Positions 1-11,198 of a stretch of 64,000 nt of DNA are shown one piece after another. Numbering within the stretch: the first letter of the stretch is position 1; every line of letters starts with the position of its first letter. The DNA is from Candidatus Hadarchaeales archaeon (GTDB taxonomy: Archaea; Hadarchaeota; Hadarchaeia; Hadarchaeales; Hadarchaeaceae), in contig JAWCLG010000003.1 in assembly GCA_038851075.1 (NCBI GenBank), forward strand, positions 40,973 to 104,972, read 5' to 3'. Position numbers and translations under genes: made by a program. Under the pieces are notes generated by a model that did no database searches, was not told the origin of the DNA, and worked only from the letters and a program-made list of their open reading frames with translations.

Positions 1-371
1 ATCTTCCTGCCCTTTGTTCCTATCGCCATGCCTCTGTCACTCTTATCCACGGCGACCCTCGCAATTTTTCTGCCGTCTTTCTCCTGAACGTTTATCTCAA
101 TTATCTTCGCCGGGCTGAGAAAACTTCTGAATAGGTCTTCCATGTTGTCCGAATGCTCGACCACGTAAACGCTCTTCCCGATGACATGCCTGGCCTTCTT
201 TATCCTGTCGCCGTTCTTTCCAATAGCTAGCCCCAGATTCCCTCTCTTCACTACGAACAGAATGCACTTTCCATCGTCTGAGATAACGCAGTCGTGAAGC
301 CTCGCCCCGGTTAGTCCCTCAAAAAGCGTTATGTATCTCATTTCCTCTGCTGTGAGTTTTATGCCGCTCAT
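1..371 (-). CDS. nusA: Archaeal NusA-like transcription factor (3' end beyond window)
   Basis: Manual translation from ATG at 371: MSGIKLTAEEMRYITLFE...GLAIGKNGDRIK...GMAIGTKGRK (two KH GxxG motifs); canonical position after rpl30e. Confidence 0.93.
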   Translation of the reverse strand, partial: MSGIKLTAEEMRYITLFEGLTGARLHDCVISDDGKCILFVVKRGNLGLAIGKNGDRIKKARHVIGKSVYVVEHSDNMEDLFRSFLSPAKIIEINVQEKDGRKIARVAVDKSDRGMAIGTKGRK

Positions 372-377
372 TGACCT

Positions 378-1833
<1,456 letters not shown>

Positions 1834-4470
1834 TCACGAACCCCCGAGAACCTGCTCTATTATCTTGTTCACGTTTACCGCTTTACCCTTGTCACTTTTA
1901 GCCGGATCGACGCCGTCCTCTCCGTAAACGAACTGCACGATCGCGCCTCGATCATCTCTGACAGTTCCATCGTACTCAACTCTGAGGTCCTGCAGCGCAT
2001 TTATAAGGCGTCTCTGCATGTATCCGCTCTGCGCGGTTCTGACGGCCGTGTCCACAAGACCCTCCCTTCCACCCATGGCATGGAAGAAGTACTCGATAGG
2101 CTTCAGGCCGTCCTTATAGCTCGATCTCACAAAACCCCTCGCTCTGGCTCCGAGATCATCCGGCATGAAATGCGGGAGAGGACGCCTCCTGTAGCCTCTG
2201 CTCAGCCTCTCACCGCGAACGGACTGCTGGCCGACGCATGCTGCCATCTGCGTCAGGTTAAGCATGCTGCCCCTTGCTCCGGTTCTTGCCATTATCACTG
2301 CCGGGTTGGTCAAACCGAGGTGTTTCTCTGCAACTTTACCGGACGCATCCCTGCTCTCCGCCAGAACCTCCATTATTCTCATCTCCAGGGTTTCCCTCAG
2401 GGAGCGCCCGGGAATCGGTTCGAGTTCTCCGGCGTTATATATCTCTATGAGCCTGTTGACCTTCTCCTCAGCCTCGTCCAGTATTTCGCTTATTCTTTCC
2501 TTGGCCTCGGGAGGAATGTCCTCATCGTCTATACTCGTGGTGAACCCGAACATCATTGCCGCGGCTATGGACAGCCTCGTGACCCTATCCAGAAATTCTC
2601 TCGCCGCATCGGGACCAAGGTCCTTTATTATTCTGTCAAGAATTTCGCATCTGTCAAGCGCCTTAAAGCTCTTCGCGTCAACAACTCCGCTGACAAGCTC
2701 CCCATCCTTTATAACCACATAAGCATCGATATCACACTCGGTCTCCTTACACTTTGAACAGTTCTCGCATATCTTGGCCTTGAAGACCATGTTCAACCCC
2801 TTTGGCAAAAGCATGCTGAATATCTGCTTCCCGGTCCAGTACTCCTGTCCCTTTTCCCTGACGGCTGGCTTTGGCAAATCAGAGAATACCCCGGCGTAAG
2901 CCAGCAGCTGATGGGCCTGCTCCCTGTTCAGAAGAGTTCCCCTCCGGGTAAGCATGTAAGATCCAGTAATGTGGTCCTGTATACCGCCGATGATCGGCCC
3001 TCCAAATCTGGGGGAGAGTATGTGCTCCTGCACCCGCATCAGGACTCTTGCCTCAACCCTCGCTTCCTCCGTCTGCAAAACGTGCATGTTCATCTCATCT
3101 CCATCGAAGTCTGCGTTGTATGGCGGGCACACGCTAAGGTTCAGCCTGAAGGTCCTGCCAGGAAGGACCCTTACCTCATGCGCCATAATCGACATCCTGT
3201 GAAGAGACGGTTGTCTATTGAACAGCACGATGTCTCCATCCTTCAGATGTCTCTCCACCACGTAACCAGCTTCAAGTTTTTCCGCTATTTCCTCCCTTTC
3301 AGCATATCGCAGGTCGTATCTCTTGCCGTCCGGGCCAATGACGCTGTTGGCCCCGGGATAAACGTCGGGGCCCCTCCTGATATAGTTCTTCATCTCTTCA
3401 ATGTTGAAATCGGTGACCCTCTCAGGAACCGTCATCTCCTTGGCGATGTTTTCAGGGACCCCCACCTCATTTATTCCGATGTTCGGGTCAGGAGAAACAA
3501 CCGTGCGCGCTGAGAAATCAACCCTTTTTCCGGAGAGATTTCCTCTGAATCTTCCCTCCTTTCCCCTGAGCCGCTGCGCCAGAGTTCTCAGGACCCTTCC
3601 GGACCTGTGTCTGGCCGGCGGAACACCTGAAATGCTGTTATCAAAATAGGTGATTACGTGATACTGCAGCAGCTCCCACAGGTCCTCCACTATCAGGTGA
3701 GGCGCACCGGCCTCTATGTTCTCAGCCAGGCGCTGGTTTATCCTTATGATATCAACCAGCTTATGCGTGATATCATCCTCAGACCTAACTCCTGATTCCA
3801 GCGTTATGCTGGGTCTCACTGTTACAGGCGGAACGGGCAGGACGGTGAGGACCATCCACTCTGGTCTGGCAACCTTGGGGTCCACGCCCATCAGCAATGA
3901 GTCCTCGTCGCTCAGCTTTTCCAGTCTCTCCCTGACATCACTCTGCGTGAGCCTGTTTTTGCCCTCTATGAAAGTTGTTGGCTTTTCGAATTTTATTTTC
4001 GCCTGTTTCTCCCCGCAGTGGGGACACTTTTCTGCAACCGTGGCGATTTTGAGAACCTGTTCTGAAACAGACCACCATTTGCCTCCGCTTCTCTTCAGCT
4101 CATCCATCTGGTTCTTGAATTCGTCCAGCTTTTCCTGGGATACCAGAACCCTGTTGCATTCCTTGTTTCTGCATATCGCCCTGAGAAAGTCGTATATCAC
4201 TTCAACGTATCCAACGTGAATCACCGGTCGGGCCAGCTCAACGTGCCCGAAGTGTCCCGGGCATTTCCCGGCCCTTGCTCCGCATGTTCTGCACCTGAGC
4301 CCTGGATCAACAACTCCCAGCCTCATGTCCATAAGTCCTTTCTCGATCGGGTAACCCTCTTCGTCGTATGTGTCCGCCGTCACAATTTTTGTAACGGACA
4401 TTTTTCTTATGTCATCGGGTGACATCAGCCCGAAGTTTATGCTGTCTATAACTTTTGGAATCCTCATCAT
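1834..4470 (-). CDS. rpoA1: RNA polymerase subunit A' (Rpo1N)
   Basis: Catalytic YNADFDGDEMN, CPGHFGH zinc site, GGREGLVDTAVRT. Confidence 0.99.
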   Translation of the reverse strand: MMRIPKVIDSINFGLMSPDDIRKMSVTKIVTADTYDEEGYPIEKGLMDMRLGVVDPGLRCRTCGARAGKCPGHFGHVELARPVIHVGYVEVIYDFLRAICRNKECNRVLVSQEKLDEFKNQMDELKRSGGKWWSVSEQVLKIATVAEKCPHCGEKQAKIKFEKPTTFIEGKNRLTQSDVRERLEKLSDEDSLLMGVDPKVARPEWMVLTVLPVPPVTVRPSITLESGVRSEDDITHKLVDIIRINQRLAENIEAGAPHLIVEDLWELLQYHVITYFDNSISGVPPARHRSGRVLRTLAQRLRGKEGRFRGNLSGKRVDFSARTVVSPDPNIGINEVGVPENIAKEMTVPERVTDFNIEEMKNYIRRGPDVYPGANSVIGPDGKRYDLRYAEREEIAEKLEAGYVVERHLKDGDIVLFNRQPSLHRMSIMAHEVRVLPGRTFRLNLSVCPPYNADFDGDEMNMHVLQTEEARVEARVLMRVQEHILSPRFGGPIIGGIQDHITGSYMLTRRGTLLNREQAHQLLAYAGVFSDLPKPAVREKGQEYWTGKQIFSMLLPKGLNMVFKAKICENCSKCKETECDIDAYVVIKDGELVSGVVDAKSFKALDRCEILDRIIKDLGPDAAREFLDRVTRLSIAAAMMFGFTTSIDDEDIPPEAKERISEILDEAEEKVNRLIEIYNAGELEPIPGRSLRETLEMRIMEVLAESRDASGKVAEKHLGLTNPAVIMARTGARGSMLNLTQMAACVGQQSVRGERLSRGYRRRPLPHFMPDDLGARARGFVRSSYKDGLKPIEYFFHAMGGREGLVDTAVRTAQSGYMQRRLINALQDLRVEYDGTVRDDRGAIVQFVYGEDGVDPAKSDKGKAVNVNKIIEQVLGGS

Positions 4471-4479
4471 TCACATCAC

Positions 4480-7400
4480 CTACGCCCTGTCCCGCAGCTT
4501 CAGACGGGGAAGCATGCAAAGCGACTTTAGTTCGTCGAGAAGAAGTTTGAAAGCATACGACATTTCGACTCCATATATCTCCGAATCCTCTTCACAGAGC
4601 GGGCAGTAAGCACGGTCCCTCTTCAGGTCGTATACCGCCATGGCCCCGCACTTTCCGCAGACTAGGCCAGTGTACCTGTCCGAGGCATCGAGAAGCCTCT
4701 CCATGAGAAGCATCGCGGCTCCGTGTCCGATGAGGCAGTCACGCTCCATTTCTCCGACCCTCAGACCTCCCTCCCTGGCTCTCCCCTCCGTGGGCTGGTG
4801 AGTAAGGACCTGAACCGGTCCCCTCGACCTAGCGTGTATCTTGTCCGCCACCATGTGGTGCAGTTTCTGATAATAACACACACCGATGAATATCTCTGCC
4901 TGGATCATCTCACCGGTCGTTCCGTTGTAAAGAACCTCCTTTCCGGTGTTCTTGAAACCGTGTGCCACCAGCATCTCACGGAGTTCCTTCTCAGGGACAG
5001 CCATGAAGGTGGTGCCTTCGATCCTTTGGCCTGCCATGGATCCGGCTTTACCTGCTATCATCTCAAGAAGCTGCCCTACTGACATCCTGGAGGGGAGAGC
5101 GTGGGGGTTTATGATGATATCTGGAACCGTTCCATCCTCAGAAAACGGCATGTCCGCGCCATTCATTATTATTCCCGCAACTCCCTTCTGACCGTGTCTC
5201 GACGCAAGCTTGTCCCCTATTTCTGGTATCCTTAGATCCCTGACCCTGACTCTGGCGAATTTGTTGCCCTCAGACGTAGTGCTCATGAGCACCATATCAA
5301 CAATGCCCTCCTCACTCGGCCTTACCCTCACGGAACTCTCGCGTCTGCCGTGCTCAACCGGCAGTCCGAACTCATCAATCTCCTCAAGGAAACGCGGCGG
5401 GCTGGTCTTTCCAATCAGGACATCGTCGCCCCTCACCTCAACCTCAGGCATTGTTATTCCGTCATCACCGAGATTGCGATACTTGCTCGCGTCGGAGTAT
5501 CCCCGAATGTCTTCGCCTGGTATTTCAAACTTGTCCATCTGTCCTCCGGGATACCTGCTCTCTTCAGCCTCGTATATCCTATAAAATGTGGTTCTGCCAA
5601 AACCTAGGTCGACCGCCTCCCTCTTGAGTATCAGCGCATCCTCCATGTTATATCCGCCATAGCATGCGATCGCAACGACCACATTCTGACCTGCAGGCCT
5701 GCGGTCGAATCCGACAAGATCCATTATCTTCGTTTTAACGAGGGGCACCTGCGGATAGTGCATGAAGTGTCCACGCGTGTCAACCCTCCTGTGAATACTC
5801 GTGGTCATGACTCCAAGGGCCTGCTTTGCCATGTTTGCTCCGTATGTATTTCTCGGAGACTGATTGTGCTCGGAGTAAGGAACAAGCGCCGCGCTTATAC
5901 CGAGAATCACCAGTGGATGAAGCTCCAGGTGAGTGTGGCTCTCATTGAGCTCGTTCTCAAAGACCGCGATATGTGCGTTCTCCTCTTCCTCCGCGTCGAG
6001 ATACTCAACGATTCCTCTTTCAATAAGCTCCCTCCATGACATGCCCCTCTTAACTTTTTCAAGAATATCTGGCGTCAGAAGTGACTTTCCCCTCTCAACG
6101 ACTATAACGGGTCTCCTCACTCTGCCCGGATCCGTATTTATCTTCACCTCGTTTGTGTCTTCACGGTATGCAACGTTGACCTGCTCATTTATCTCACCCT
6201 TTCTACGCATTTTCCTCAGCTCCGAAACCAGCTCTATTCCTCTGTCCGTTATGCCCACAAGTCTGCCGTTTATGTAGACGCTCTCCTTTTCTCCCCTCTC
6301 GCTCCCTTTCTCTATCCTTGTAACTCCAAGCTTGTAGAGAACGCGCTCGACCGCCCCATCATCAGTGCCTGTTGATATCTCCGCCAGTGTCGACAGGTTC
6401 TTGACGAGTCCGCAGTTCGGTCCCTCCGGAGTTTCACACGGACATATTCTTCCCCAGTGGGTCGGATGTAAATCTCTGGCCTCGAAGTGCGGCTGACTCC
6501 TGCTAAGCGGGGAAACCACCCTCCTGAGGTGTGATATCGTGGCGATATAATTGGTCCTGTCAAGAAGCTGGCTCACCCCGGTTCTTCCGCCTGGCCAGTT
6601 TCCGGTCGCCAGCGCGTGCCTGACTCTCTCTGTGAGAACATCCGCCCTGGCCGCAGTCCTGACGTTGAGCTCCCTGCCCCTGGCGTGGGCACGCTCGAGC
6701 TGATACTTTATGTCCCGTGTGAGATTCAGAAAAGCAAGCCTGAAAACGTTCTCAAGAAGGTCTCCAGCCAGCTTCAGTCGCTTGTTTGCATAGTGATCCT
6801 TGTCATCCACATCACGCTTGCCGAGCGCCAGCTCTATCACAAGCTCCACCATTCTTCCGAGATAATACGCCTTGCTTACCCTATCCTTAGGTTTTGATCC
6901 TATGTGTGGCAGGAGATACCTGTCCAGAACTTCCTTCGCACGCTGTATTCGGTACTCTCGAGTCTGCCCTATTGCAACCCTCTTTCCTATTACATCAAGA
7001 GCCTCCTCCTGATTCCGGACCTCAACGGCCTCCTGAAGGTTCTCAAAAAGCTCTCTGACTATCTCCGGGTCCTTGGAAACCGCGTCCACGATCTCCCGGT
7101 CCTTCTCAACCCCGAGCGCACGCATCACCACAACAAAAGGTATCTGCCCTGGAACCGCAGGAAAGGAAACGCGCAGCAGTCCGTCCCTTTTTCTCTCAAC
7201 AAGAACAAGAGCCCTGAATCCGCGATGAGTCGAGAAAACCTTCGCAACCTCAGTTCCCATCCGCTCGTCACGCTCAACTAGGACTACATTCGAGGCCAGA
7301 TCTTCCTGAGCGACAATCACCCTCTCTGAGCCGTTCACCACGAAGTACCCGCCAGGATCGAGCGGGTCCTCCCCAACATTGATAAGCTGCTCCTCGGTCA

Positions 7401-7791
7401 GGCCATAGAGCTTGCATTTCTTGGACTTTAACATGACTGGAAGTTCTCCTATGTAAACATTCTCTGGCGGCCCTTCTCTGCCCTTCTCAACAACTGACAT
7501 CTCGAGATAAATCGGGGCAGTATATGAAAGATTCCTCAGTCTGGCCTCTGACGGATAAACTGATGGATTTGAACCGTCCGCCTCCTTTATCGAGGGTGGA
7601 TGTATGGTGACTTTTCCAAACTTCACGTAAACTCCAGGTATATCAAGCTCTATACCCGCGAGCTCATCAATTACCTGCTGTATTCCACGTTCCACGAAAT
7701 CGTTGTAGGAATCGAGGTGCTGCCTGACGAGACCCTTTTCCTTTATAAATGCTTCAACAAGCGGCCATGTATCCAAACTTTCACCCCTCAA
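4480..7791 (-). CDS. rpoB: RNA polymerase subunit B (Rpo2), unsplit
   Basis: [24 protein letters not shown]-terminal zinc ribbon; single 1103-aa ORF. Confidence 0.99.
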   Translation of the reverse strand: MRGESLDTWPLVEAFIKEKGLVRQHLDSYNDFVERGIQQVIDELAGIELDIPGVYVKFGKVTIHPPSIKEADGSNPSVYPSEARLRNLSYTAPIYLEMSVVEKGREGPPENVYIGELPVMLKSKKCKLYGLTEEQLINVGEDPLDPGGYFVVNGSERVIVAQEDLASNVVLVERDERMGTEVAKVFSTHRGFRALVLVERKRDGLLRVSFPAVPGQIPFVVVMRALGVEKDREIVDAVSKDPEIVRELFENLQEAVEVRNQEEALDVIGKRVAIGQTREYRIQRAKEVLDRYLLPHIGSKPKDRVSKAYYLGRMVELVIELALGKRDVDDKDHYANKRLKLAGDLLENVFRLAFLNLTRDIKYQLERAHARGRELNVRTAARADVLTERVRHALATGNWPGGRTGVSQLLDRTNYIATISHLRRVVSPLSRSQPHFEARDLHPTHWGRICPCETPEGPNCGLVKNLSTLAEISTGTDDGAVERVLYKLGVTRIEKGSERGEKESVYINGRLVGITDRGIELVSELRKMRRKGEINEQVNVAYREDTNEVKINTDPGRVRRPVIVVERGKSLLTPDILEKVKRGMSWRELIERGIVEYLDAEEEENAHIAVFENELNESHTHLELHPLVILGISAALVPYSEHNQSPRNTYGANMAKQALGVMTTSIHRRVDTRGHFMHYPQVPLVKTKIMDLVGFDRRPAGQNVVVAIACYGGYNMEDALILKREAVDLGFGRTTFYRIYEAEESRYPGGQMDKFEIPGEDIRGYSDASKYRNLGDDGITMPEVEVRGDDVLIGKTSPPRFLEEIDEFGLPVEHGRRESSVRVRPSEEGIVDMVLMSTTSEGNKFARVRVRDLRIPEIGDKLASRHGQKGVAGIIMNGADMPFSEDGTVPDIIINPHALPSRMSVGQLLEMIAGKAGSMAGQRIEGTTFMAVPEKELREMLVAHGFKNTGKEVLYNGTTGEMIQAEIFIGVCYYQKLHHMVADKIHARSRGPVQVLTHQPTEGRAREGGLRVGEMERDCLIGHGAAMLLMERLLDASDRYTGLVCGKCGAMAVYDLKRDRAYCPLCEEDSEIYGVEMSYAFKLLLDELKSLCMLPRLKLRDRA

Positions 7792-8023
7792 TCACGTATC
7801 TGTAAGCTATCGCTTTACCTGCGGTTTGACTTTTTCGAGTAATCTTCAAAACGTCTCCGGGTTTTGCTCCCACCGCCCTCGCTGCAGGGTCTGAGGCCTT
7901 GATCATTGGAAGCTGATAAGGAGTCACTTTATATCTCTGGAGGAGCTCTTCCACTTCCTTCTTTGACATCACCTCATGCTTTGGCACGAGCACGTGCCCC
8001 GTTATGTCTATTTCTTCCGTCAT
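7781..8023 (-). CDS. rpoH: RNA polymerase subunit H (Rpo5)
   Basis: HVLVPKHEV...LPMIKASDP...[10 protein letters not shown]. Confidence 0.98.
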   Translation of the reverse strand: MTEEIDITGHVLVPKHEVMSKKEVEELLQRYKVTPYQLPMIKASDPAARAVGAKPGDVLKITRKSQTAGKAIAYRYVIEG

Positions 8024-8043
8024 GGTTTTACCCGCGTTCGCGA

Positions 8044-8118
8044 CGGGCCCGGCGGGATTCGAACCCGCGACACCCGGCTTAAAAGGCCGGTGCGCTGGCC
8101 AGACTGCGCTACGGGCCC
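8044..8118 (-). tRNA. tRNA-Lys(TTT), intron-less
   Basis: GGGCCCG acceptor stem, CCGGC-CT TTT AA-GCCGG anticodon arm, GTTCGAATC T-loop. Confidence 0.95.
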
Positions 8119-8201
8119 CTATAAAGCGGCGTAAAATCCCCTTTTATCTCTTTCGTGATTTTAAATCGCGTAAAGTGTTTTTAAGCTTTTCTGATGCCGG
8201 C

Positions 8202-9068
8202 TCACGAAATGGTGCCACCGCCGGAGCCGTCCATGGACAGGGTAGCAACAACCCAGTCATAACCATACGTTGTCTCAAAAGATGTTTCTATTGTCTGATC
8301 TTCGTATCCGAAGGTGTGCCTGAACACTCTCTCCGTTCCCTCCGCTATCCTTATCCTAACCGTGGCCTCTGTGTTTTCTTGGACCCCATTTGCCGAATAA
8401 TATCTGACCTTGACAATGTAGTTGCCCGCCCTGGCGCTCTGCATGGTAAAGTGCTCCGGACCGTACCCGTTTACATCGTCCACATCAAGCTCGGCCCCCG
8501 GTATGCCACTTTTATTTCCATAATAGCAGTGATTCATGTCGGGATCCCACACATGGAGATCGACATCATTATAGTCTGTATTCCACGTTAACTGAATCCA
8601 TATGTCCATCGGAGGGATATCCGCATACACTGTGAAGACATCGCTCTGCGCAGCGGTATTGCCTTGCAGGTCTCTCACGATTATCCTGAAGGTGTTGGCC
8701 CCCCTAGTTAAAACACGTGTTTCATAAAAAATCCATTCATCGCTCACATATGAAACCGGAATCTCCTCCTCCTGACCATTGAACACCAGATAAACAGTGC
8801 CAGCAAACTCCTGCGTGTTTCCGGCATCCGGATTTTCTACTGTGCCCGATATGCGCTGGATCCTCTGACCTGTAGTTCCACCGTTCGTGATCAGGTTTCC
8901 TTCGGCATCGTAAAGTCCTGTTATAACCGCGTTGCCGAAGCTTCCTCCTCCACCGCCACCGCTGCTCACTGCAACCAAAACAACGGTGACCGAAACTGAA
9001 ACTACTATAATCACCACTATTACGGCAATGAGAACGGGTGCGAATCCACTGTTTTCAATTTTAACCAT
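8202..9068 (-). CDS. Membrane-anchored YfaP/DUF2135-like protein
   Basis: N-terminal hydrophobic anchor; LTWNTDYNDVDLHVWDP...LDVDDVNGYGPEH motif; likely start MVKIENSG at 9068. Confidence 0.75.
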   Translation of the reverse strand: MVKIENSGFAPVLIAVIVVIIVVSVSVTVVLVAVSSGGGGGGSFGNAVITGLYDAEGNLITNGGTTGQRIQRISGTVENPDAGNTQEFAGTVYLVFNGQEEEIPVSYVSDEWIFYETRVLTRGANTFRIIVRDLQGNTAAQSDVFTVYADIPPMDIWIQLTWNTDYNDVDLHVWDPDMNHCYYGNKSGIPGAELDVDDVNGYGPEHFTMQSARAGNYIVKVRYYSANGVQENTEATVRIRIAEGTERVFRHTFGYEDQTIETSFETTYGYDWVVATLSMDGSGGGTIS

Positions 9069-9239
9069 TTCATCTATTATAGCAGTCATCAGGCACAATA
9101 TAAACATATCCCCACGTTCGCGTTTTAGCAAAATTCAAGTATTCCAGCTCATTTTTTCGATATCAAAACTCAGAGATGAAAAACGCATTTAGCGATTCAG
9201 CGATTCTGTGCAATCAAATGAGTGGTGCCCGGGTTCAGG

Positions 9240-9339
9240 TGGCGCCCATCGGCGGAGCGTTTAACTCCTTGGCCGGGATTTGAACCCGGGGCGGAGCCTC
9301 GACAGGGCTCCATGTTGGTCCGGTCTACACCACCAGGGC
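9240..9339 (-). tRNA. tRNA-Asp(GTC) with 22-nt BHB intron in the 3' acceptor strand (68/69; 9248-9269) and encoded CCA
   Basis: GAGCC-CT GTC GA-GGCTC arm; removing AGGAGTTAAACGCTCCGCCGAT gives CCAGGGC-G-CCA, perfectly complementary to 5' GCCCTGG. Confidence 0.9.
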
Positions 9340-9423
9340 ACCGGTTTGAACTTAAGTATGGGGACTTTAAACCTTTAACGCCGGAAACCACAAATTTTGC
9401 TCCAGAATAAATCGACATCTTAG

Positions 9424-9547
9424 TGGTTGGCAGCGTATCGGGCTTCCCGCCGGCTTGCGCACGGCAGTACAACCTCGATCGCTGGCGGGCTTAACTTCCG
9501 GGATCTGACGGGACCGGGTGTCACCCCGCCGCTATGGCCGCCAACCA
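9424..9547 (-). rRNA. rrf: 5S rRNA (stand-alone, within tRNA cluster)
   Basis: GGTTGGCGGCCATAGCGG...CCGGAAGTTAAGCC...GTACTG...GGGAA...CGCTGCCAACC, paired ends, ~122 nt. Confidence 0.95.
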
Positions 9548-9588
9548 AGTATGAGGTCTTGTTCAGACCGGTTAAAAAGATTGTCGGA

Positions 9589-9706
9589 TGGTCCCGCGGG
9601 GGAGATTTGAACTCCCGACATGTCGGTTCCTATCTTTTTTGGGTCTCTGGCCCGCCTTCCATATGGCGAACAGCCGACCACTCTAACCAGGCTGAGTTAC
9701 CGCGGG
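9589..9706 (-). tRNA. tRNA-Tyr(GTA) with two introns: 35/36 (9647-9669) and 37/38 (9628-9644)
   Basis: C1:G72 and A73 (archaeal Tyr identity), encoded CCA; 47-nt anticodon loop reduces to CT GTA GA after two BHB excisions. Confidence 0.88.
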
Positions 9707-9739
9707 ACCAATTAAGTTTCTTCTCTAATTTCTTAAATA

Positions 9740-10849
9740 TCATCCCATGAACACGTGCAGTCTTCTCAGGGCGTCCAGTTTTTCTCTTTGCCCGATACCG
9801 GCAGATTTAACCGCATCTCCCAGAATTTCTATCGTTCTCTGATAAGTTATTTTGTCTACCGGGTATGGAACACCGTCCTTACCTCCATGTGCGAAGCTGA
9901 ACTTTACAGGGTCTTTCCATGAGGGCGGTTTTCCGTAAATTAGATCGGAAACTAGCGCCAGCGCTCGCACGGCTTTTGGACCTATACCGCGGATGGCAAC
10001 AAGCCCCTCGTAGTTCTCGGGCTGAAGCTCGTATGCTCTCTGCAAAGCCGCGAGCGTTTGCTCCGTCAGCTTAGTTATCGCGTGAGAGGTTGGCATCACA
10101 AGCTTCGGCACTTTGGGACTTCTTTGATCAAAATATTCATCGAGGGAGCGCTGTTCCGCCTCGCGCACGTATGGCAGCAAACGCTTCGGGTTGTCCCGAA
10201 CCAAATCTACGCAGGTCTTGCGCGTTTCTTCACTATCCCGCGCGGTCATGTCCAACACCACTTCCTCGCTTCGGTCACCAATGATTCCAGAGTGAGGTTC
10301 CTCCACGAAACTTTTCACCCCTTCGAAGAGCCAGTGGTAACGCCTGGCCATTTGCCCGTGCATCCCCTGCTGTATCACCGCCCAGTCTCCGTTCTCTGTG
10401 AAAATGAAAACGTGATGATAAAGCTGATAACCATCTTGGACGCAGGCGCTGTCGACCTTTGCAGCCATCCTGCTCGCATGCTTTAACCTATCGATCGTAT
10501 GCGAGGAGAGGGAGAAAACATCACCGGCCCTTTCAATTTCCTCAGGCGTGAGTCTCGATGTTCTTCCCTTTCCTCCGCACACGGATATCCCAAGCTCCTC
10601 CGGTCTTATCGCCTCTTTCAGAGCCCCACAAACGGTCGTTGTAAGTCCGGAGGAATGCCAGTCAAAACCGAGGGTGCATCCAAGAGCCTGAAAGAAAAAA
10701 GGATCCCCGATTCTTCTCAAAAATTCCTCTTGACCATACTCAAGAACTATCGCCCGACATATTGCTTCGCTAAGGCATTTCATTCTCTTGAAGAGCCACG
10801 GCGGACATCTCCCTCCGTGAAGGGGCAGTTCAGCGATACCGGATTTCAT
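9740..10849 (-). CDS. DUF763 family protein
   Basis: LPLHGG..PPWL, GFDWHSSGLTT, FAHGGKDGVPYPV; start MKSG at 10849. Confidence 0.88.
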   Translation of the reverse strand: MKSGIAELPLHGGRCPPWLFKRMKCLSEAICRAIVLEYGQEEFLRRIGDPFFFQALGCTLGFDWHSSGLTTTVCGALKEAIRPEELGISVCGGKGRTSRLTPEEIERAGDVFSLSSHTIDRLKHASRMAAKVDSACVQDGYQLYHHVFIFTENGDWAVIQQGMHGQMARRYHWLFEGVKSFVEEPHSGIIGDRSEEVVLDMTARDSEETRKTCVDLVRDNPKRLLPYVREAEQRSLDEYFDQRSPKVPKLVMPTSHAITKLTEQTLAALQRAYELQPENYEGLVAIRGIGPKAVRALALVSDLIYGKPPSWKDPVKFSFAHGGKDGVPYPVDKITYQRTIEILGDAVKSAGIGQREKLDALRRLHVFMG

Positions 10850-10931
10850 CAGAAAGCACGTGTAGTTTGAAAAAGATAAATCTAATATCAAATAGGCTGT
10901 GGAACGCAGGTCCGCTGTTGAAAGCATGGAG

Positions 10932-11147
10932 TCATTTTGTTAGATGGTACCCAGCGGCCTTTTCACGCGCCACGCGCTTGGCGTACCCCTTCGCCACGAG
11001 CTCCATCAGCGCGTTGTTAACCATTCCTTTCGGAAGTTTTGCAGCGCGCATGACGTCGTCGGCCGTCTTCAGGGTCGTTGGCGCGGTGGCACCAAGCTTT
11101 TTCATGATGTCATACACTTTCTGGGCATTCGGAGTAAGATCCGTCAT
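10932..11147 (-). CDS. Small basic winged-helix protein
   Basis: 71 aa, helix-turn-helix-wing pattern (TADDVMRAAKLPKGMVNNALMELVAKGY), GAGGTG RBS. Confidence 0.65.
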   Translation of the reverse strand: MTDLTPNAQKVYDIMKKLGATAPTTLKTADDVMRAAKLPKGMVNNALMELVAKGYAKRVAREKAAGYHLTK

Positions 11148-11198
11148 TTTCTACACCTCTGTTTTCATCGGTCCTGTAGAAATTTAAAACATTCGCTT

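Noticed and set aside
9265-9339. tRNA-Asp pseudogene or integration scar with a mismatched acceptor stem
   Set aside because: A strict BHB intron at 68/69 explains the mismatch and restores a perfect stem with G73 and CCA
9589-9706. tRNA-Asn(GTT) with a single 40-nt canonical intron
   Set aside because: It would leave C37 and conflicts with the C1:G72/A73 Tyr identity; two BHB motifs give a GTA anticodon
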